From the NCBI GenBank assembly GCA_963666365.2, contig CAXXNF010000001.1, forward strand, positions 448,001 to 512,000: a stretch of DNA of 64,000 bases. The letters run 5' to 3'. This DNA comes from Syntrophales bacterium. Its GTDB lineage: Bacteria; Desulfobacterota; Syntrophia; Syntrophales; UBA2210. The stretch's first letter is position 1; every line of letters begins with the position of its first letter. This document shows positions 10,919 to 21,709 of this stretch, piece after piece. The position numbers were made by a program, and so were the translations under genes. The notes beneath the pieces were generated by a model. That model ran no database searches and was not told where the DNA came from. It was given only the letters and a program-made list of their open reading frames with translations.

Positions 10919-12583
10919 ATGAAGAAGAAACTGGCTCAATTACTGAAAAAGGCGATCACACTCTGTTTTGAGAAGGGCCTCCTCACGGAATGTGCGCTCC
11001 CTTTTATCGAAGTGGAACTCCCCCGTGAGAATGCGCACGGCGACTATGCAACCAATCTTGCCATGATGCTCGCATCGACACAGAAACGCAATCCCCGGAA
11101 GATAGCCGAACATATCATCGATGCACTCGATGACGCGGAAGGAATACTGGAGTCCGTGGAAATCGCCGGTCCCGGCTTTATCAATTTCTTCATAAAAAAG
11201 GAGTTCTGGACGACCCTGCTGAAAGACGTGGATGAACTCGCAGAAAGATACGGTGCCTCCACTCTGGGACAAGGAGAGAAAATACAGGTCGAGTTCGTAA
11301 GCGCCAATCCCACTGGACCACTCCACATCGGGCATGCCCGGGGCGCCGTTATCGGCGATGTGATTGCGCGAATACTGGAGGTATCGGGATACAACGTATC
11401 CAGAGAATACTATATCAACGACGCCGGCAATCAGATGAACATGCTGGGGCGATCTGTGTACTACCGGCTGCGTACACTCCGGGGCGAAACGATCGAGTTC
11501 CCTTCCGACTGTTATCAGGGAGAGTATATCACCGATCTCGCTAAAGAAATCATCCATATGCAGGGTGACGCATTACAAGAGAAGAGTAAGGATGAACTTA
11601 TCCCCTTCTTAACCGACTATGCCGCCGCCTCCATTCTGGAGGGCATAAAGGAAGATCTCCAGGCCTTCGGCATTGTCTTTGACTGCTATTTCAGTGAAAA
11701 GAAGCTCTATAAAGACAAGGGCATTGCCAGGCTCCTTGAAAACCTTCAGCAGGCAGGATTTATCTACAAGGAAGGAAGCACTCTCTGGTTTCGCACAACC
11801 GATTTCGGAGACGAAAAAGACCGGGTCGTGGTAAGGGAGAACGGAGAACCGACATATTTTGCAGCCGATATCGGCTATCATAAAAACAAATATGAACGGG
11901 GATTCACAAAGGTAATCGATATATGGGGCGCCGATCATCACGGCTATATACCCCGCATGTACGCAGGCATACAGGCTATCGGAAAATCGAAAAATGCCCT
12001 TGATGTGGTTCTGGTGCAGCTCGTGAATCTTTTGCGTGACGGTGTTCCTGTCGCCATGTCCACCAGGGCCGGCGAGTTTGTCACCCTGAGAGAAGTGATC
12101 GATGAGGTGGGTAAGGATGCCGCCCGTTACAATTTTCTCATGCGGCGCTCCAACAGTCACCTGGACTTCGACCTCGAGTTGGCCAAGCGGCAGTCCAACG
12201 AAAATCCCGTGTACTATGTTCAGTATGCCCATGCACGCATCGCAAGCATCATGAGAATGGCGGAAGAACGGGGATACCCGGTTCCATCCTATGGCGAGGT
12301 TGATCTGGGCCTTCTCACGCTTGAGGAGGAACACACGCTGGTAAAGGCCATAGATCAGTTTCCCGAGTTGATTGAAGCAAGTGCGCGCACCCTTGAACCT
12401 CACCGAATTCCCTTTTACATTAATGACCTTGCATCCGTCTTTCACAGTTACTACAATAAAAACCGAGTCATCTCAGATGACGGTGCACTGACAACGGCAC
12501 GGCTCTTTCTTGTAAAAACCGTCGGTATTGTATTGAAAAATGCACTCGGCATGCTGGGGGTATCGGCCCCGGAACGAATGTAG
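10919..12583 (+). CDS. argS: Arginine--tRNA ligase
   Basis: [45 protein letters not shown]. Confidence 0.97.
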   Translation: MKKKLAQLLKKAITLCFEKGLLTECALPFIEVELPRENAHGDYATNLAMMLASTQKRNPRKIAEHIIDALDDAEGILESVEIAGPGFINFFIKKEFWTTLLKDVDELAERYGASTLGQGEKIQVEFVSANPTGPLHIGHARGAVIGDVIARILEVSGYNVSREYYINDAGNQMNMLGRSVYYRLRTLRGETIEFPSDCYQGEYITDLAKEIIHMQGDALQEKSKDELIPFLTDYAAASILEGIKEDLQAFGIVFDCYFSEKKLYKDKGIARLLENLQQAGFIYKEGSTLWFRTTDFGDEKDRVVVRENGEPTYFAADIGYHKNKYERGFTKVIDIWGADHHGYIPRMYAGIQAIGKSKNALDVVLVQLVNLLRDGVPVAMSTRAGEFVTLREVIDEVGKDAARYNFLMRRSNSHLDFDLELAKRQSNENPVYYVQYAHARIASIMRMAEERGYPVPSYGEVDLGLLTLEEEHTLVKAIDQFPELIEASARTLEPHRIPFYINDLASVFHSYYNKNRVISDDGALTTARLFLVKTVGIVLKNALGMLGVSAPERM

Positions 12584-12635
12584 GGTGAGGCGCTTCGCAA
12601 TCACTGCGGCAGCAGGGTAAGGCAAGGTCCGTCCA

Positions 12636-13277
12636 ATGCCATCTAAACGGGGTAAAAAATTTGAATTCAGACTGGGAACGGTCGGACTTACCCTCTTTAC
12701 GTGCGGCATATCGGTACTGCTGTTGGGCGCCTTTGTGTTCGGCGTATTTGTGGGAAAAAAAATTGAAAGCTACCCCCATAAAATCGCTTCGATGCCCGCG
12801 ACGATTACACAAAAAATCGTCCCCCCGAAGCCTGCAACTGGCGATACCGTAAAAAAAGATGAATTTTCCTTTACTTTTTACGATACGTTGCAAAATAAGG
12901 AAAGCGACCGGACGCACCTGAAACTAAATGAAGGACCGCCCTCTCAGGCGACTCCGGAAAGAGCGCCCCCGGCCCAATCGACACCTTCAAAGTCGGCGCC
13001 GGACAGTACGCCGGAAAAAGAAACAAGCGGGAAGAGGGGATATTATATGATTCAGGTTGCCTCCTTCAAGGAAAGGGCCCGGATGGAAAGGCTCCGCACA
13101 CAATTGGCATCACTGGGATATTTCGCGGTTTCCGACAAACATACCCTGCCTCATAAAGGCACGTGGTTTCGCCTGAGCATAGGCGGGTTTGAAAGTCTCG
13201 AAGCGGCACAAAAGGAATCGGCCAGGATCGAGAGGTCCATACGAGGGCTTAAGTGCCTGGTTCGATCGGAAAAATGA
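12636..13277 (+). CDS. Membrane-anchored SPOR-domain protein (FtsN-like)
   Basis: N-terminal TM helix, low-complexity linker, C-terminal YMIQVASF...WFRLSIGGF; typical position after argS. Confidence 0.85.
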   Translation: MPSKRGKKFEFRLGTVGLTLFTCGISVLLLGAFVFGVFVGKKIESYPHKIASMPATITQKIVPPKPATGDTVKKDEFSFTFYDTLQNKESDRTHLKLNEGPPSQATPERAPPAQSTPSKSAPDSTPEKETSGKRGYYMIQVASFKERARMERLRTQLASLGYFAVSDKHTLPHKGTWFRLSIGGFESLEAAQKESARIERSIRGLKCLVRSEK

Positions 13278-13295
13278 ATGCAATAGGATTGTATC

Positions 13296-14627
13296 ATGTT
13301 CGAAAGTCTTACCGATAAGCTGGACAATGTCTTCAAAAAATTGAAGGGCAAGGGAACTCTTGACGAGGAAAGCGTCGGATTGGCGTTGAAAGACATCCGC
13401 ATGGCCCTCCTCGAAGCCGATGTGAATTTTAAGGTTGTCAAGGAGTTTATTGAAGATGTGCGGATACGGGCTGTCGGTCATGAAGTGCTGGAAAGCATTA
13501 CACCGGGACAGCAGATTGTAAAGATTGTCCATGACAGACTCGTCGAATTAATGGGCAAAGAAGAAAGCCAGTTAAAGCTTACGAACAAATTTCCCACCTC
13601 CATTATGCTGGTAGGCCTTCAAGGATGCGGAAAAACCACCACCGCGGCAAAACTGTGCCGTTTTCTCCAGAATATGGGAAGAAGAACCGCCCTTGTGTCG
13701 GCCGACGTCTACCGACCTGCGGCGATGGATCAGTTAAAGATACTGGGTGAAAAGATCGGCGCCGGTGTGTATGCCGCGCACAATGAAAAAGATCCCGTCA
13801 AAATTTGTGTCAACGCCGTCGAGTATGCGAGGACCGGTGGATATGACACCCTCATCATCGATACGGCAGGCCGGCTCCACATCGACAAGGAATTGATGGA
13901 CGAGTTGAAGCGCATCAAGGGCGCCGTCAAACCAGCGGAAATTTTACTGGTCGCCGACGCCATGACCGGGCAGGATGCCGTTGCCGTTGCCGAATCCTTC
14001 AACGAAACACTGACAATCGACGGTGTCGTACTCACCAAAATAGATGGTGACGCCCGTGGCGGCGCCGCCCTTTCTCTTCGCAAAGTGACGGGCAAACCGA
14101 TTAAATTTATCGGCGTCGGGGAAAAAATCGACGCCATCGAACCCTTTCATTCCGAACGGATGGCATCAAGAATCCTGGGCATGGGAGACATTCTCACGCT
14201 GGTGGAAAAAGCACAGACCACCATCGATGAAAAGGCCGCAAAGGAGCTCGAAAAGAAGATACGGAAAGACGCCTTCACCCTTGAGGACCTGAAATCCCAG
14301 ATTCTTCAGATTAAAAAGATGGGACCCTTACAGGACATTCTCGGCATGATCCCGGGCATGAACAAGATCAAGGCACTGAAAAATATGAAACCCGATGAGG
14401 GGGAATTAATAAAGGTCGTCGCTATCATAGATTCCATGACCAAAAAGGAGCGGGTAAATCACAAAATAATCGACGGTCAGCGGAGAAAGCGCATAGCCCG
14501 GGGAAGCGGAACGTCCGTTCAGGATGTGAATCGCGTACTTAAAAATTATGTAGAAATGAAAAAAATGATGAAAAAAATGACCAAGGGCGGAATGAAATCG
14601 GCGGCTCGCGGCAATTTACCCTTTTAA
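13296..14627 (+). CDS. ffh: Signal recognition particle protein
   Basis: GLQGCGKTT, DTAGRL, TKIDGDARGG and a Met-rich M domain. Confidence 0.97.
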   Translation: MFESLTDKLDNVFKKLKGKGTLDEESVGLALKDIRMALLEADVNFKVVKEFIEDVRIRAVGHEVLESITPGQQIVKIVHDRLVELMGKEESQLKLTNKFPTSIMLVGLQGCGKTTTAAKLCRFLQNMGRRTALVSADVYRPAAMDQLKILGEKIGAGVYAAHNEKDPVKICVNAVEYARTGGYDTLIIDTAGRLHIDKELMDELKRIKGAVKPAEILLVADAMTGQDAVAVAESFNETLTIDGVVLTKIDGDARGGAALSLRKVTGKPIKFIGVGEKIDAIEPFHSERMASRILGMGDILTLVEKAQTTIDEKAAKELEKKIRKDAFTLEDLKSQILQIKKMGPLQDILGMIPGMNKIKALKNMKPDEGELIKVVAIIDSMTKKERVNHKIIDGQRRKRIARGSGTSVQDVNRVLKNYVEMKKMMKKMTKGGMKSAARGNLPF

Positions 14628-14738
14628 TAAAAGAAATTATATGTTAGATAGCTACATTAGTTTCTTTTTTGAAGCTTTTCAAAAAGGAAAAAATTGCATG
14701 CTAAAATAATGTTTCAGCGGAGGTGGTAATACAAAGGA

Positions 14739-15041
14739 ATGGCAGTTAAAATCAGACTTACACGAATGGGCTCAAAGAAAAAACCTTTCTACAGAATTGT
14801 GGCGGCTGACGGTGAAGCACCGCGAGATGGAAGGTTTATAGAAATTTTGGGGAATTATGATCCGTTACAGGATCCTGCGGTGGTGAACCTGAAAGAGGAT
14901 CGAATCGCGGAGTGGTTGTCGAGAGGGGCAAAACCGACTGAAACGGTGGTAAATATATTGAAAAAGAAAGGAGTGTCAACAGAAAAGGCACGTCAGGCGA
15001 AAGAAGAACAGGCCCGAGCAGACCAGTCAACGGTTTCTTAA
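14739..15041 (+). CDS. rpsP: 30S ribosomal protein S16
   Basis: [24 protein letters not shown]...RDGRFIE. Confidence 0.98.
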   Translation: MAVKIRLTRMGSKKKPFYRIVAADGEAPRDGRFIEILGNYDPLQDPAVVNLKEDRIAEWLSRGAKPTETVVNILKKKGVSTEKARQAKEEQARADQSTVS

Positions 15042-15062
15042 TAACACTCTGTGGAGGTTGGC

Positions 15063-15296
15063 ATGATGAAAGATTTGATCAAGTATATCGCACAGGCATT
15101 GGTTGACCATCCCGAGGAAGTTGATGTCTCTGAGGTAGTGGGTGAGCAAACTTCGGTAATCGAACTAAGGGTTACCAAAGACGACCTTGGCAAGGTAATT
15201 GGAAAGCAGGGAAAAACTGCAAAGGCAATGAGAACCATCTTGAGTGCGGCATCATCCAAGCTCAACAAAAGAGCGGTGCTGGAAATCATCGAATAG
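15063..15296 (+). CDS. khpA: KH-domain RNA-binding protein (KhpA/YlqC)
   Basis: [17 protein letters not shown]; conserved position after rpsP. Confidence 0.92.
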   Translation: MMKDLIKYIAQALVDHPEEVDVSEVVGEQTSVIELRVTKDDLGKVIGKQGKTAKAMRTILSAASSKLNKRAVLEIIE

Positions 15297-15806
15297 TTGA
15301 AGGACCTGATTACTATAGGAAAGATTATCGGATCCAGCGGGCTCAGCGGCCGCATAAAGGTGGTGCTGTACACCGAATCGCCGCACATTTTAGAGACCGG
15401 CGCTGCTGTGCACATAGGGCAGGGTAAAAAATCAACGTCTTCGCTCGCCATAAAACGCATACTCCAAAGGGGCAAAAACTGCCTCATCGAATTTGAGGGC
15501 ATCGATACCGTAGATGCGGCAAATCTTTTGAAAGGACAGTATCTTTACCTCCCGCGGGAAATGATGGCCGAGCCCGACGAAGGCGAATACTACTGGCACG
15601 ATATTATCGGTCTTGCCGTGATTACCGAAGAAGGAGAAGAGCTGGGCTATATTACCTCCATTCTGCCCACGGGAAGCAATGATGTGTACATTTGCGAAGG
15701 AACAAAGGGCGAAATTCTCCTTCCCGCCATAGAAGAGGTCATTAAATCCATAGACATCGGACGAGGCGTGATAATCGTCGAAATGCTTGAAGGACTTGTC
15801 ACATGA
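15297..15806 (+). CDS. rimM: Ribosome maturation factor RimM
   Basis: [28 protein letters not shown]; synteny. Confidence 0.92.
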   Translation: MKDLITIGKIIGSSGLSGRIKVVLYTESPHILETGAAVHIGQGKKSTSSLAIKRILQRGKNCLIEFEGIDTVDAANLLKGQYLYLPREMMAEPDEGEYYWHDIIGLAVITEEGEELGYITSILPTGSNDVYICEGTKGEILLPAIEEVIKSIDIGRGVIIVEMLEGLVT

Positions 15807-15807
15807 A

Positions 15808-16548
15808 ATGATTATATTTGATATTTTTACTCTCTTTCCGGAGATGTTTCTTTCCCCCTTACAATCGAGTCTCCTCAAAAAGGCCATCGACAAAGGCATT
15901 ATCGAAATAGGGCTTCATAATATTCGCGATTACGCGGAAGGAAAGCACCGTGTCGCCGATGACACGCCCTATGGAGGCGGAGGGGGAATGGTAATGAAGG
16001 TGGAACCGATAGCAAAGGCCCTTAAAGCGATCGTCCCTGACAGGTCGACGACGCTGGTCGTGCTCCTTTCTCCGCAGGGTGAGGTGTTTACCCAGACAAA
16101 GGCGGAAGAATTAGCCGGCTACAGCCATATAGCGCTCATTTGCGGACATTATGAGGGAATCGACGAAAGAATACGGCGCTATCTGGTAGACCGGGAACTA
16201 TCAATAGGCGATTATGTGTTGACCGGCGGAGAACTCCCCGCAATGGTTCTCGTAGATGCAGTGGCTCGATTGATTCCGGGATTTACAGGAAATGTCGAAT
16301 CTGTGCGTAACGACTCCCACACAACAGGGCTTCTGGAAGGACCGCACTATACAAAACCCAGTGTCTACAATGGATGGGAGGTCCCCGCGGTGTTGCTTTC
16401 AGGTCACGAAAAGCGTATAAGAGACTGGCGGCGAAGGGAATCTCTCAGACGCACGCTTGAGAGAAGGCCCGAGCTCCTTGCACGCATTGATTTGACGGAA
16501 GAAGATGAACACATCCTTGCCGCGCTCAAGGGTGAACGTAGTGAATAA
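15808..16548 (+). CDS. trmD: tRNA (guanine-N1)-methyltransferase
   Basis: [41 protein letters not shown]. Confidence 0.96.
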   Translation: MIIFDIFTLFPEMFLSPLQSSLLKKAIDKGIIEIGLHNIRDYAEGKHRVADDTPYGGGGGMVMKVEPIAKALKAIVPDRSTTLVVLLSPQGEVFTQTKAEELAGYSHIALICGHYEGIDERIRRYLVDRELSIGDYVLTGGELPAMVLVDAVARLIPGFTGNVESVRNDSHTTGLLEGPHYTKPSVYNGWEVPAVLLSGHEKRIRDWRRRESLRRTLERRPELLARIDLTEEDEHILAALKGERSE

Positions 16549-17104
16549 CCTTTACATTGCTCTTTTGCATTACCCGGTCTATGACAAGCACAGAAACATT
16601 GTCACCACATCGGTGACCAATATGGACGTACATGATATATCCAGGGCCGCAAAAACTTACGGCGTGGAAAGGTTCTTTATCGTCACGCCTCTGGAATCCC
16701 AGCGTGCGTTTGTTCATCGAATCCTCTATCACTGGCAGAAAGGGTTCGGGGCGACCTTCAACCCATCGAGAAAGGAGGCGCTCGACATACTTGAAACCAG
16801 GGGCTCGCTCGACGAGGTTATCGGTGATATAAAGGCGCGGACGAACCGTGAGGTGCGAGTAATTACCACAACGGCATCCCGCCATTTCCGAAGTACCTCC
16901 TATGGGGCATTCGGCGACATGCTCTCAAACGACGCAGCGAACCATCTTCTTATCTTCGGCACAGGCTGGGGCATTGCGGAAGAAATACTTGCAAGAGCCG
17001 ACATTATCCTGGAGCCGCTTACAGGCCCGACGCCATACAATCATCTCTCAGTCCGTTCGGCCGTCGCCATCGTCCTTGACAGACTGTCAGAACGCCGGCG
17101 ATAA
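16541..17104 (+). CDS. SPOUT-family RNA methyltransferase (TrmD-associated type)
   Basis: [48 protein letters not shown] start overlapping the trmD stop. Confidence 0.85.
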   Translation: MNNLYIALLHYPVYDKHRNIVTTSVTNMDVHDISRAAKTYGVERFFIVTPLESQRAFVHRILYHWQKGFGATFNPSRKEALDILETRGSLDEVIGDIKARTNREVRVITTTASRHFRSTSYGAFGDMLSNDAANHLLIFGTGWGIAEEILARADIILEPLTGPTPYNHLSVRSAVAIVLDRLSERRR

Positions 17105-17244
17105 TTTTCACCACACCGGCACGATATGTTTTTGATTCCGAAGCATTTGCAGTCGTTTTCGATTGACATTTACCAACGCTTTGTTTTATATAGCTCTTCT
17201 TTTTATGCGAAGGCGATGTTTACCACTGAGGAGGATTTTACCAT

Positions 17245-17592
17245 ATGAACATTCTCGAGATGATCGATAGAGAACAGATGAGAACGGATGTTCCCGCTTT
17301 TAAACCGGGCGATACCGTCAAAGTACACGTAAAAATTATTGAAGGTCAGAAAGAACGCATCCAGGTATTTCAGGGAACGGTGATAAAGAAAAAGGGAGGA
17401 CAGAGCAGGTCCACCTTTACTGTTCGAAAAATATCATCAGGCATCGGCGTCGAACGTACCTTCCCCATGCATTCTCCTGTCATTGACAAAATTGAAGTAA
17501 CCATGAGGGGAAAAGTTCGGCGCGCTAAACTATACTATCTCAGAGGACTCAAAGGAAAGAAGGCCAGGATAAAAGAATTTGGCAGACAATAA
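17245..17592 (+). CDS. rplS: 50S ribosomal protein L19
   Basis: [27 protein letters not shown]. Confidence 0.98.
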   Translation: MNILEMIDREQMRTDVPAFKPGDTVKVHVKIIEGQKERIQVFQGTVIKKKGGQSRSTFTVRKISSGIGVERTFPMHSPVIDKIEVTMRGKVRRAKLYYLRGLKGKKARIKEFGRQ

Positions 17593-18186
17593 ATGGACGC
17601 CTTTGAATCGCAGGCCCGTCGGCTGGGCTTCTCCATCATTGCGGGAGTCGACGAGGTGGGAAGGGGGCCTCTCGCAGGTCCTGTAACCGCGGCTGCGGTA
17701 ATATTGCCCGAAAATTACAAGAACAGTGAGATCCGCGATTCAAAAAAACTTACACCCGCCCGAAGAGAAACGCTCTTCGATGTCATTACGGAGGATGCCC
17801 TTTCGATTGGTATAGGTTTCGTAGAACCGTCGATTATAGACGAAATTAACATACTCAGGGCATCCCTTCTTGCCATGCAAAAAGCGGTCTTGAATCTCGA
17901 TCTCTCTCCTGATTTTATTCTCATAGACGGCATCCATACCCTCGATGTCCCTGTTCCCCAGAAAACGATTGTAAAGGGAGACTCCCTCAGCCTTTCCATT
18001 GCGGCGGCCTCTATTATTGCCAAAGTTTCCAGAGATCACATCATGGACAGATACCATGTACAGTATTCCCAATATAACTTCGCAAAAAACAAGGGATACG
18101 GCACCAGTGAACATCGAGAGGCGATAAAAAAGTATGGCGTCTGTAAGATCCACAGAAAATCCTTCAAGGTCAAATTTGACGAGTAG
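17593..18186 (+). CDS. rnhB: Ribonuclease HII
   Basis: GVDEVGRGPLAGPV, DSKKL, KGDS...IAAASIIAKV, NKGYGT. Confidence 0.96.
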   Translation: MDAFESQARRLGFSIIAGVDEVGRGPLAGPVTAAAVILPENYKNSEIRDSKKLTPARRETLFDVITEDALSIGIGFVEPSIIDEINILRASLLAMQKAVLNLDLSPDFILIDGIHTLDVPVPQKTIVKGDSLSLSIAAASIIAKVSRDHIMDRYHVQYSQYNFAKNKGYGTSEHREAIKKYGVCKIHRKSFKVKFDE

Positions 18187-18538
18187 GGAAACGGGAGCAG
18201 CGGGAGAACGACTTGCCGCCGCTTATCTTGAAAAGAAGGGTTACACCATAGCCGAACGCAACTACCGGTGCATCTTCGGTGAAATCGATCTTATCGCACG
18301 GGACGGGAGCACCATCGTTTTTATAGAGGTAAAAAGCAGAAGATCAAAGGAGTTCGGTGATCCGGAAAGTTCCGTCGGCAGAACAAAACAAATAAAACTT
18401 TCGAAGATTGCCCTTGCCTATCTCAATGAACGCAATTTTGAAAACCAGTCGGCGCGTTTCGATGTAATCGCGATTCTTATGCAAAGAAACGGAAATGAAA
18501 TAAGGCACATACAAAACGCCTTCGAACTGGCATTTTAA
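18176..18538 (+). CDS. yraN: YraN (UPF0102) family protein
   Basis: GAAGE, ERNYRC-FGEIDLIA, FIEVKSR, RFDVIAI; TTG start at 18176 inferred. Confidence 0.9.
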   Translation: MTSRETGAAGERLAAAYLEKKGYTIAERNYRCIFGEIDLIARDGSTIVFIEVKSRRSKEFGDPESSVGRTKQIKLSKIALAYLNERNFENQSARFDVIAILMQRNGNEIRHIQNAFELAF

Positions 18539-18542
18539 TATC

Positions 18543-19385
18543 ATGAAAAAAGGAACGCTGTACATCGTCGCCACCCCCATCGGAAACCTCGAGGACATTA
18601 CCTTTCGGGCGCTTCGCGTCCTTAAAGAGGTAGGTCTCATTGCGGCGGAAGATACAAGGAGGACAAGAAAACTTTTATCGGCTTACGGAATTTCCACACA
18701 TGCCACAAGCCTCTATGATCACAATGAACGCGAAAAAAGCAGCCTTATTATATCAAAACTTGAAGAGGGCATTGATGTTGCCTATGTTTCTGACGCCGGC
18801 ACACCGGGTATTTCCGACCCCGGATATCTGTTGGTCAAGGAATCTCTTGCACGTTCGATTCAGGTGTCGGCGGTTCCCGGCCCCTCGGCGGTAATCGCCG
18901 CCCTGAGCATCTCCGGTCTTCCGCTGGACCGTTTCTGTTTTCACGCTTTTCTCCCGCAGAGACAAGGCCCACGCCGCAAGCTTTTGTATACCCTCAAGGG
19001 GGAATCACGAACCATGGTGTTTTATGAATCTCCCAGGCGGCTTCTTGCCGCACTCCGGGACATAAGGAGCATTCTCGGAAATCGGAACATCGCCCTATCC
19101 CGGGAATTAACGAAGATTCATGAGGAAACATTGCGGGGACCGGTGTCTTCAATTATCGACCTGTTGGAAGTAAGAACCGTCAAGGGGGAAATCACTCTGG
19201 TCGTGGCGGGCGCCGGCGCTGATGACACCAATGAACCATCGCCGGAAGCGCTTTGGACCAATTTTCAGGAAATCCAGAACAACGCCCATCTTTCGACGCG
19301 GGATGCCGTCGATCTGATTGCAACGCAAAAGGGCCTTTCGCGCAAGAGCGTATATGACACCATTCTGACGTTTCTTAAAAAGTGA
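18543..19385 (+). CDS. rsmI: 16S rRNA C1402 2'-O-methyltransferase
   Basis: LYIVATPIGNLEDIT, SDAGTPGISDPG, FYESPRR, RELTKIHEE. Confidence 0.96.
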   Translation: MKKGTLYIVATPIGNLEDITFRALRVLKEVGLIAAEDTRRTRKLLSAYGISTHATSLYDHNEREKSSLIISKLEEGIDVAYVSDAGTPGISDPGYLLVKESLARSIQVSAVPGPSAVIAALSISGLPLDRFCFHAFLPQRQGPRRKLLYTLKGESRTMVFYESPRRLLAALRDIRSILGNRNIALSRELTKIHEETLRGPVSSIIDLLEVRTVKGEITLVVAGAGADDTNEPSPEALWTNFQEIQNNAHLSTRDAVDLIATQKGLSRKSVYDTILTFLKK

Positions 19386-19552
19386 GGGGATTTAGCACGC
19401 TCTTCCGGCGATATACGAATCAATCAATGTCCCCCTTGCCCGATCAACACATGAAAGGGGCGCACTCGCCGGATAAAAAGCGGTGGAAATCGATTCACTA
19501 AAAGTGGTATTATAATAGGCTGTATCGACAGCACATACAGGCGGAGGTTTCA

Positions 19553-20860
19553 ATGACACACTTATTACGAAAAAAGGGCTCTGTCGCTCTCTTCATCACT
19601 GTACTGTGGGCCCTCTTTATTATCAGCGGATTCCGGGGAACTGCGCCTGCCTTTTCGGCAGACTGGCAAACCTATAAAAATTTAAAAAAATTCAATGAAA
19701 TACTCGATATGATCGAAAGCAACTATGTGGAAGAGGTTGATCCATCGTCGGCCATCAAAGGTGCAATAGATGGAATGATGAAGACTCTCGATCCGCACAG
19801 TACATATCTGACCGAAGAAATGTACAAAGAGCTTCAGGTGGAGACAAAGGGATTCTTCGGCGGTCTTGGAATCGTAATATCCATAAAGGATGAAGCCCTT
19901 ACCATTGTGGCGCCGGTAGAAGACACCCCGGCTTTTAAAGCGGGGGTGAAGGCGGGAGACAAAATCATTAAAATCGAAGGAAAAGATACCAAGGGCATTA
20001 CGATTATGGATGCCGTCCATAAGTTGAGAGGGCCCAAGAACACGGATGTCACCATCACCATTATGCGGGAAGGCTTGAAAGAAGAAAAAGATTTCACCAT
20101 TACCAGAGACATCATAAAGATAAAAAGTGTCAAACATCGTATGTTTCCGGACAATATAGGGTACATCAGAATCGCTTCGTTTCAGGAAAGCACCACCGAT
20201 GAGTTGAGAACGGCCCTGGACGCCATTGACGGACCGGACCATCCTCTGCGAGGCCTGGTGGTGGATTTACGGAACAATCCCGGCGGACTGCTTGACCAGG
20301 CCATAACCGTGTCGGATCACTTTTTAAAATCAGGAACGATTGTCTCCACACGGGGAAGAAAACAGAACTCGGAACGGATTTATACCGCCGAAGACAACGG
20401 CAGGGAACCGGAATGTCCCATTGTCATATTGATCAACGGCGGGAGTGCAAGCGCATCCGAAATTGTGTCGGGCGCGCTGCATGACAACGGCAGGGCAGTC
20501 CTGCTGGGCACCCAGACATTCGGAAAGGGAGTTATGCAGGTCATTATTCCCCTTCGCGACGGATCGGCACTGAAACTGACCACGGCGAAATATTTTACCC
20601 CCAGTGGAGAATCGATTCAGGCAAAGGGAATCACTCCCGATATCACAGTAAATCATGTAGTGCCTGTGTCGGAAAAAAATAATGAAACACCGCAGAGACT
20701 CCGAGAAAAAGACCTCGAAGGACATATTAAAGGCGACCACGCTGAAGAAGAAAAAGAGGGATCTGCAAAAGAGGGTGATATAAAAATCGATAACCAGTTA
20801 CGGCAGGCCCTTGACCTCCTCAAAGGATGGGATTTGCTCGCCAAGATGCGGAATTCATAG
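19553..20860 (+). CDS. ctpA: Carboxyl-terminal processing protease (S41, PDZ)
   Basis: LDPHSTY, PDZ domain, DLRNNPGGLL, SASASEIV, TFGKG. Confidence 0.92.
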   Translation: MTHLLRKKGSVALFITVLWALFIISGFRGTAPAFSADWQTYKNLKKFNEILDMIESNYVEEVDPSSAIKGAIDGMMKTLDPHSTYLTEEMYKELQVETKGFFGGLGIVISIKDEALTIVAPVEDTPAFKAGVKAGDKIIKIEGKDTKGITIMDAVHKLRGPKNTDVTITIMREGLKEEKDFTITRDIIKIKSVKHRMFPDNIGYIRIASFQESTTDELRTALDAIDGPDHPLRGLVVDLRNNPGGLLDQAITVSDHFLKSGTIVSTRGRKQNSERIYTAEDNGREPECPIVILINGGSASASEIVSGALHDNGRAVLLGTQTFGKGVMQVIIPLRDGSALKLTTAKYFTPSGESIQAKGITPDITVNHVVPVSEKNNETPQRLREKDLEGHIKGDHAEEEKEGSAKEGDIKIDNQLRQALDLLKGWDLLAKMRNS

Positions 20861-20863
20861 GTT

Positions 20864-21703
20864 TTGAAAAAGAAACATAACAAAAAAAGGATATCTCTAG
20901 TATCGGTTTCGCTGTATGTTCTGTTCTTCATCATTGCCATCGTTTTTTTGTACTGCACCTCTCACGATACAAAGGAACAAAGCGACGAGGGAGAAAAACT
21001 AAAAATCGAACAGAAAAAAATAACGATTGCCCGTCCTTCTAAAAAACTGGCAATCGTTATCGATGACATCGGGTATGACTTAGATGCGGTTGAAAGGCTG
21101 CTCGATCTCGATATCCCACTGACCCTGTCAGTGTTGCCCTACTGCCCATACTCAGAAGCGGCAGCGCGGAGGGCACACCAGGCCGGCAGAGAAGTCATGC
21201 TGCACATTCCCATGGAACCGAAGGGGCATCCTAAAAAAAACCCTGGAGAAGGGGCCCTTCTTATTACCATGACACATCAGGAAATCGAGGATGCACTAGC
21301 CCGTGCCATGGATTCCGTCCCCTTTATTGCCGGAGCAAATAATCACATGGGATCACTTTTCATGGAGGATAAAGAAAAGGTGCACACGGTGCTGGCGGCC
21401 CTCAAAAAGCAAGGCCTATACTTTCTTGACAGCGTAACCACCAGCGAATCGAAGGGGAGACAGGCCGCCCTTGCCACGGGTATCAGATATGGGGCACGAG
21501 ACATATTCATCGACAACAGTCACGAAACTGAAGATACCTGCACAAGTATCCTTAATGTCATCAATGAACGCAACAACTGGGAAACGCTTATTGCCATCGG
21601 CCATCCCTATAAAAGTACGGTGACCGCTCTGAAGCAGGTGATTCCCGACTTACAAGAAAAGGGAATTGCAATCGTGCCCTTATCAGAAATAATAGGACCG
21701 TAG
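20864..21703 (+). CDS. Divergent polysaccharide deacetylase family protein
   Basis: IVIDDIG, LHIPMEP, NNHMGS, FLDSVT, IAIGHP. Confidence 0.92.
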   Translation: MKKKHNKKRISLVSVSLYVLFFIIAIVFLYCTSHDTKEQSDEGEKLKIEQKKITIARPSKKLAIVIDDIGYDLDAVERLLDLDIPLTLSVLPYCPYSEAAARRAHQAGREVMLHIPMEPKGHPKKNPGEGALLITMTHQEIEDALARAMDSVPFIAGANNHMGSLFMEDKEKVHTVLAALKKQGLYFLDSVTTSESKGRQAALATGIRYGARDIFIDNSHETEDTCTSILNVINERNNWETLIAIGHPYKSTVTALKQVIPDLQEKGIAIVPLSEIIGP

Positions 21704-21709
21704 ACTGCC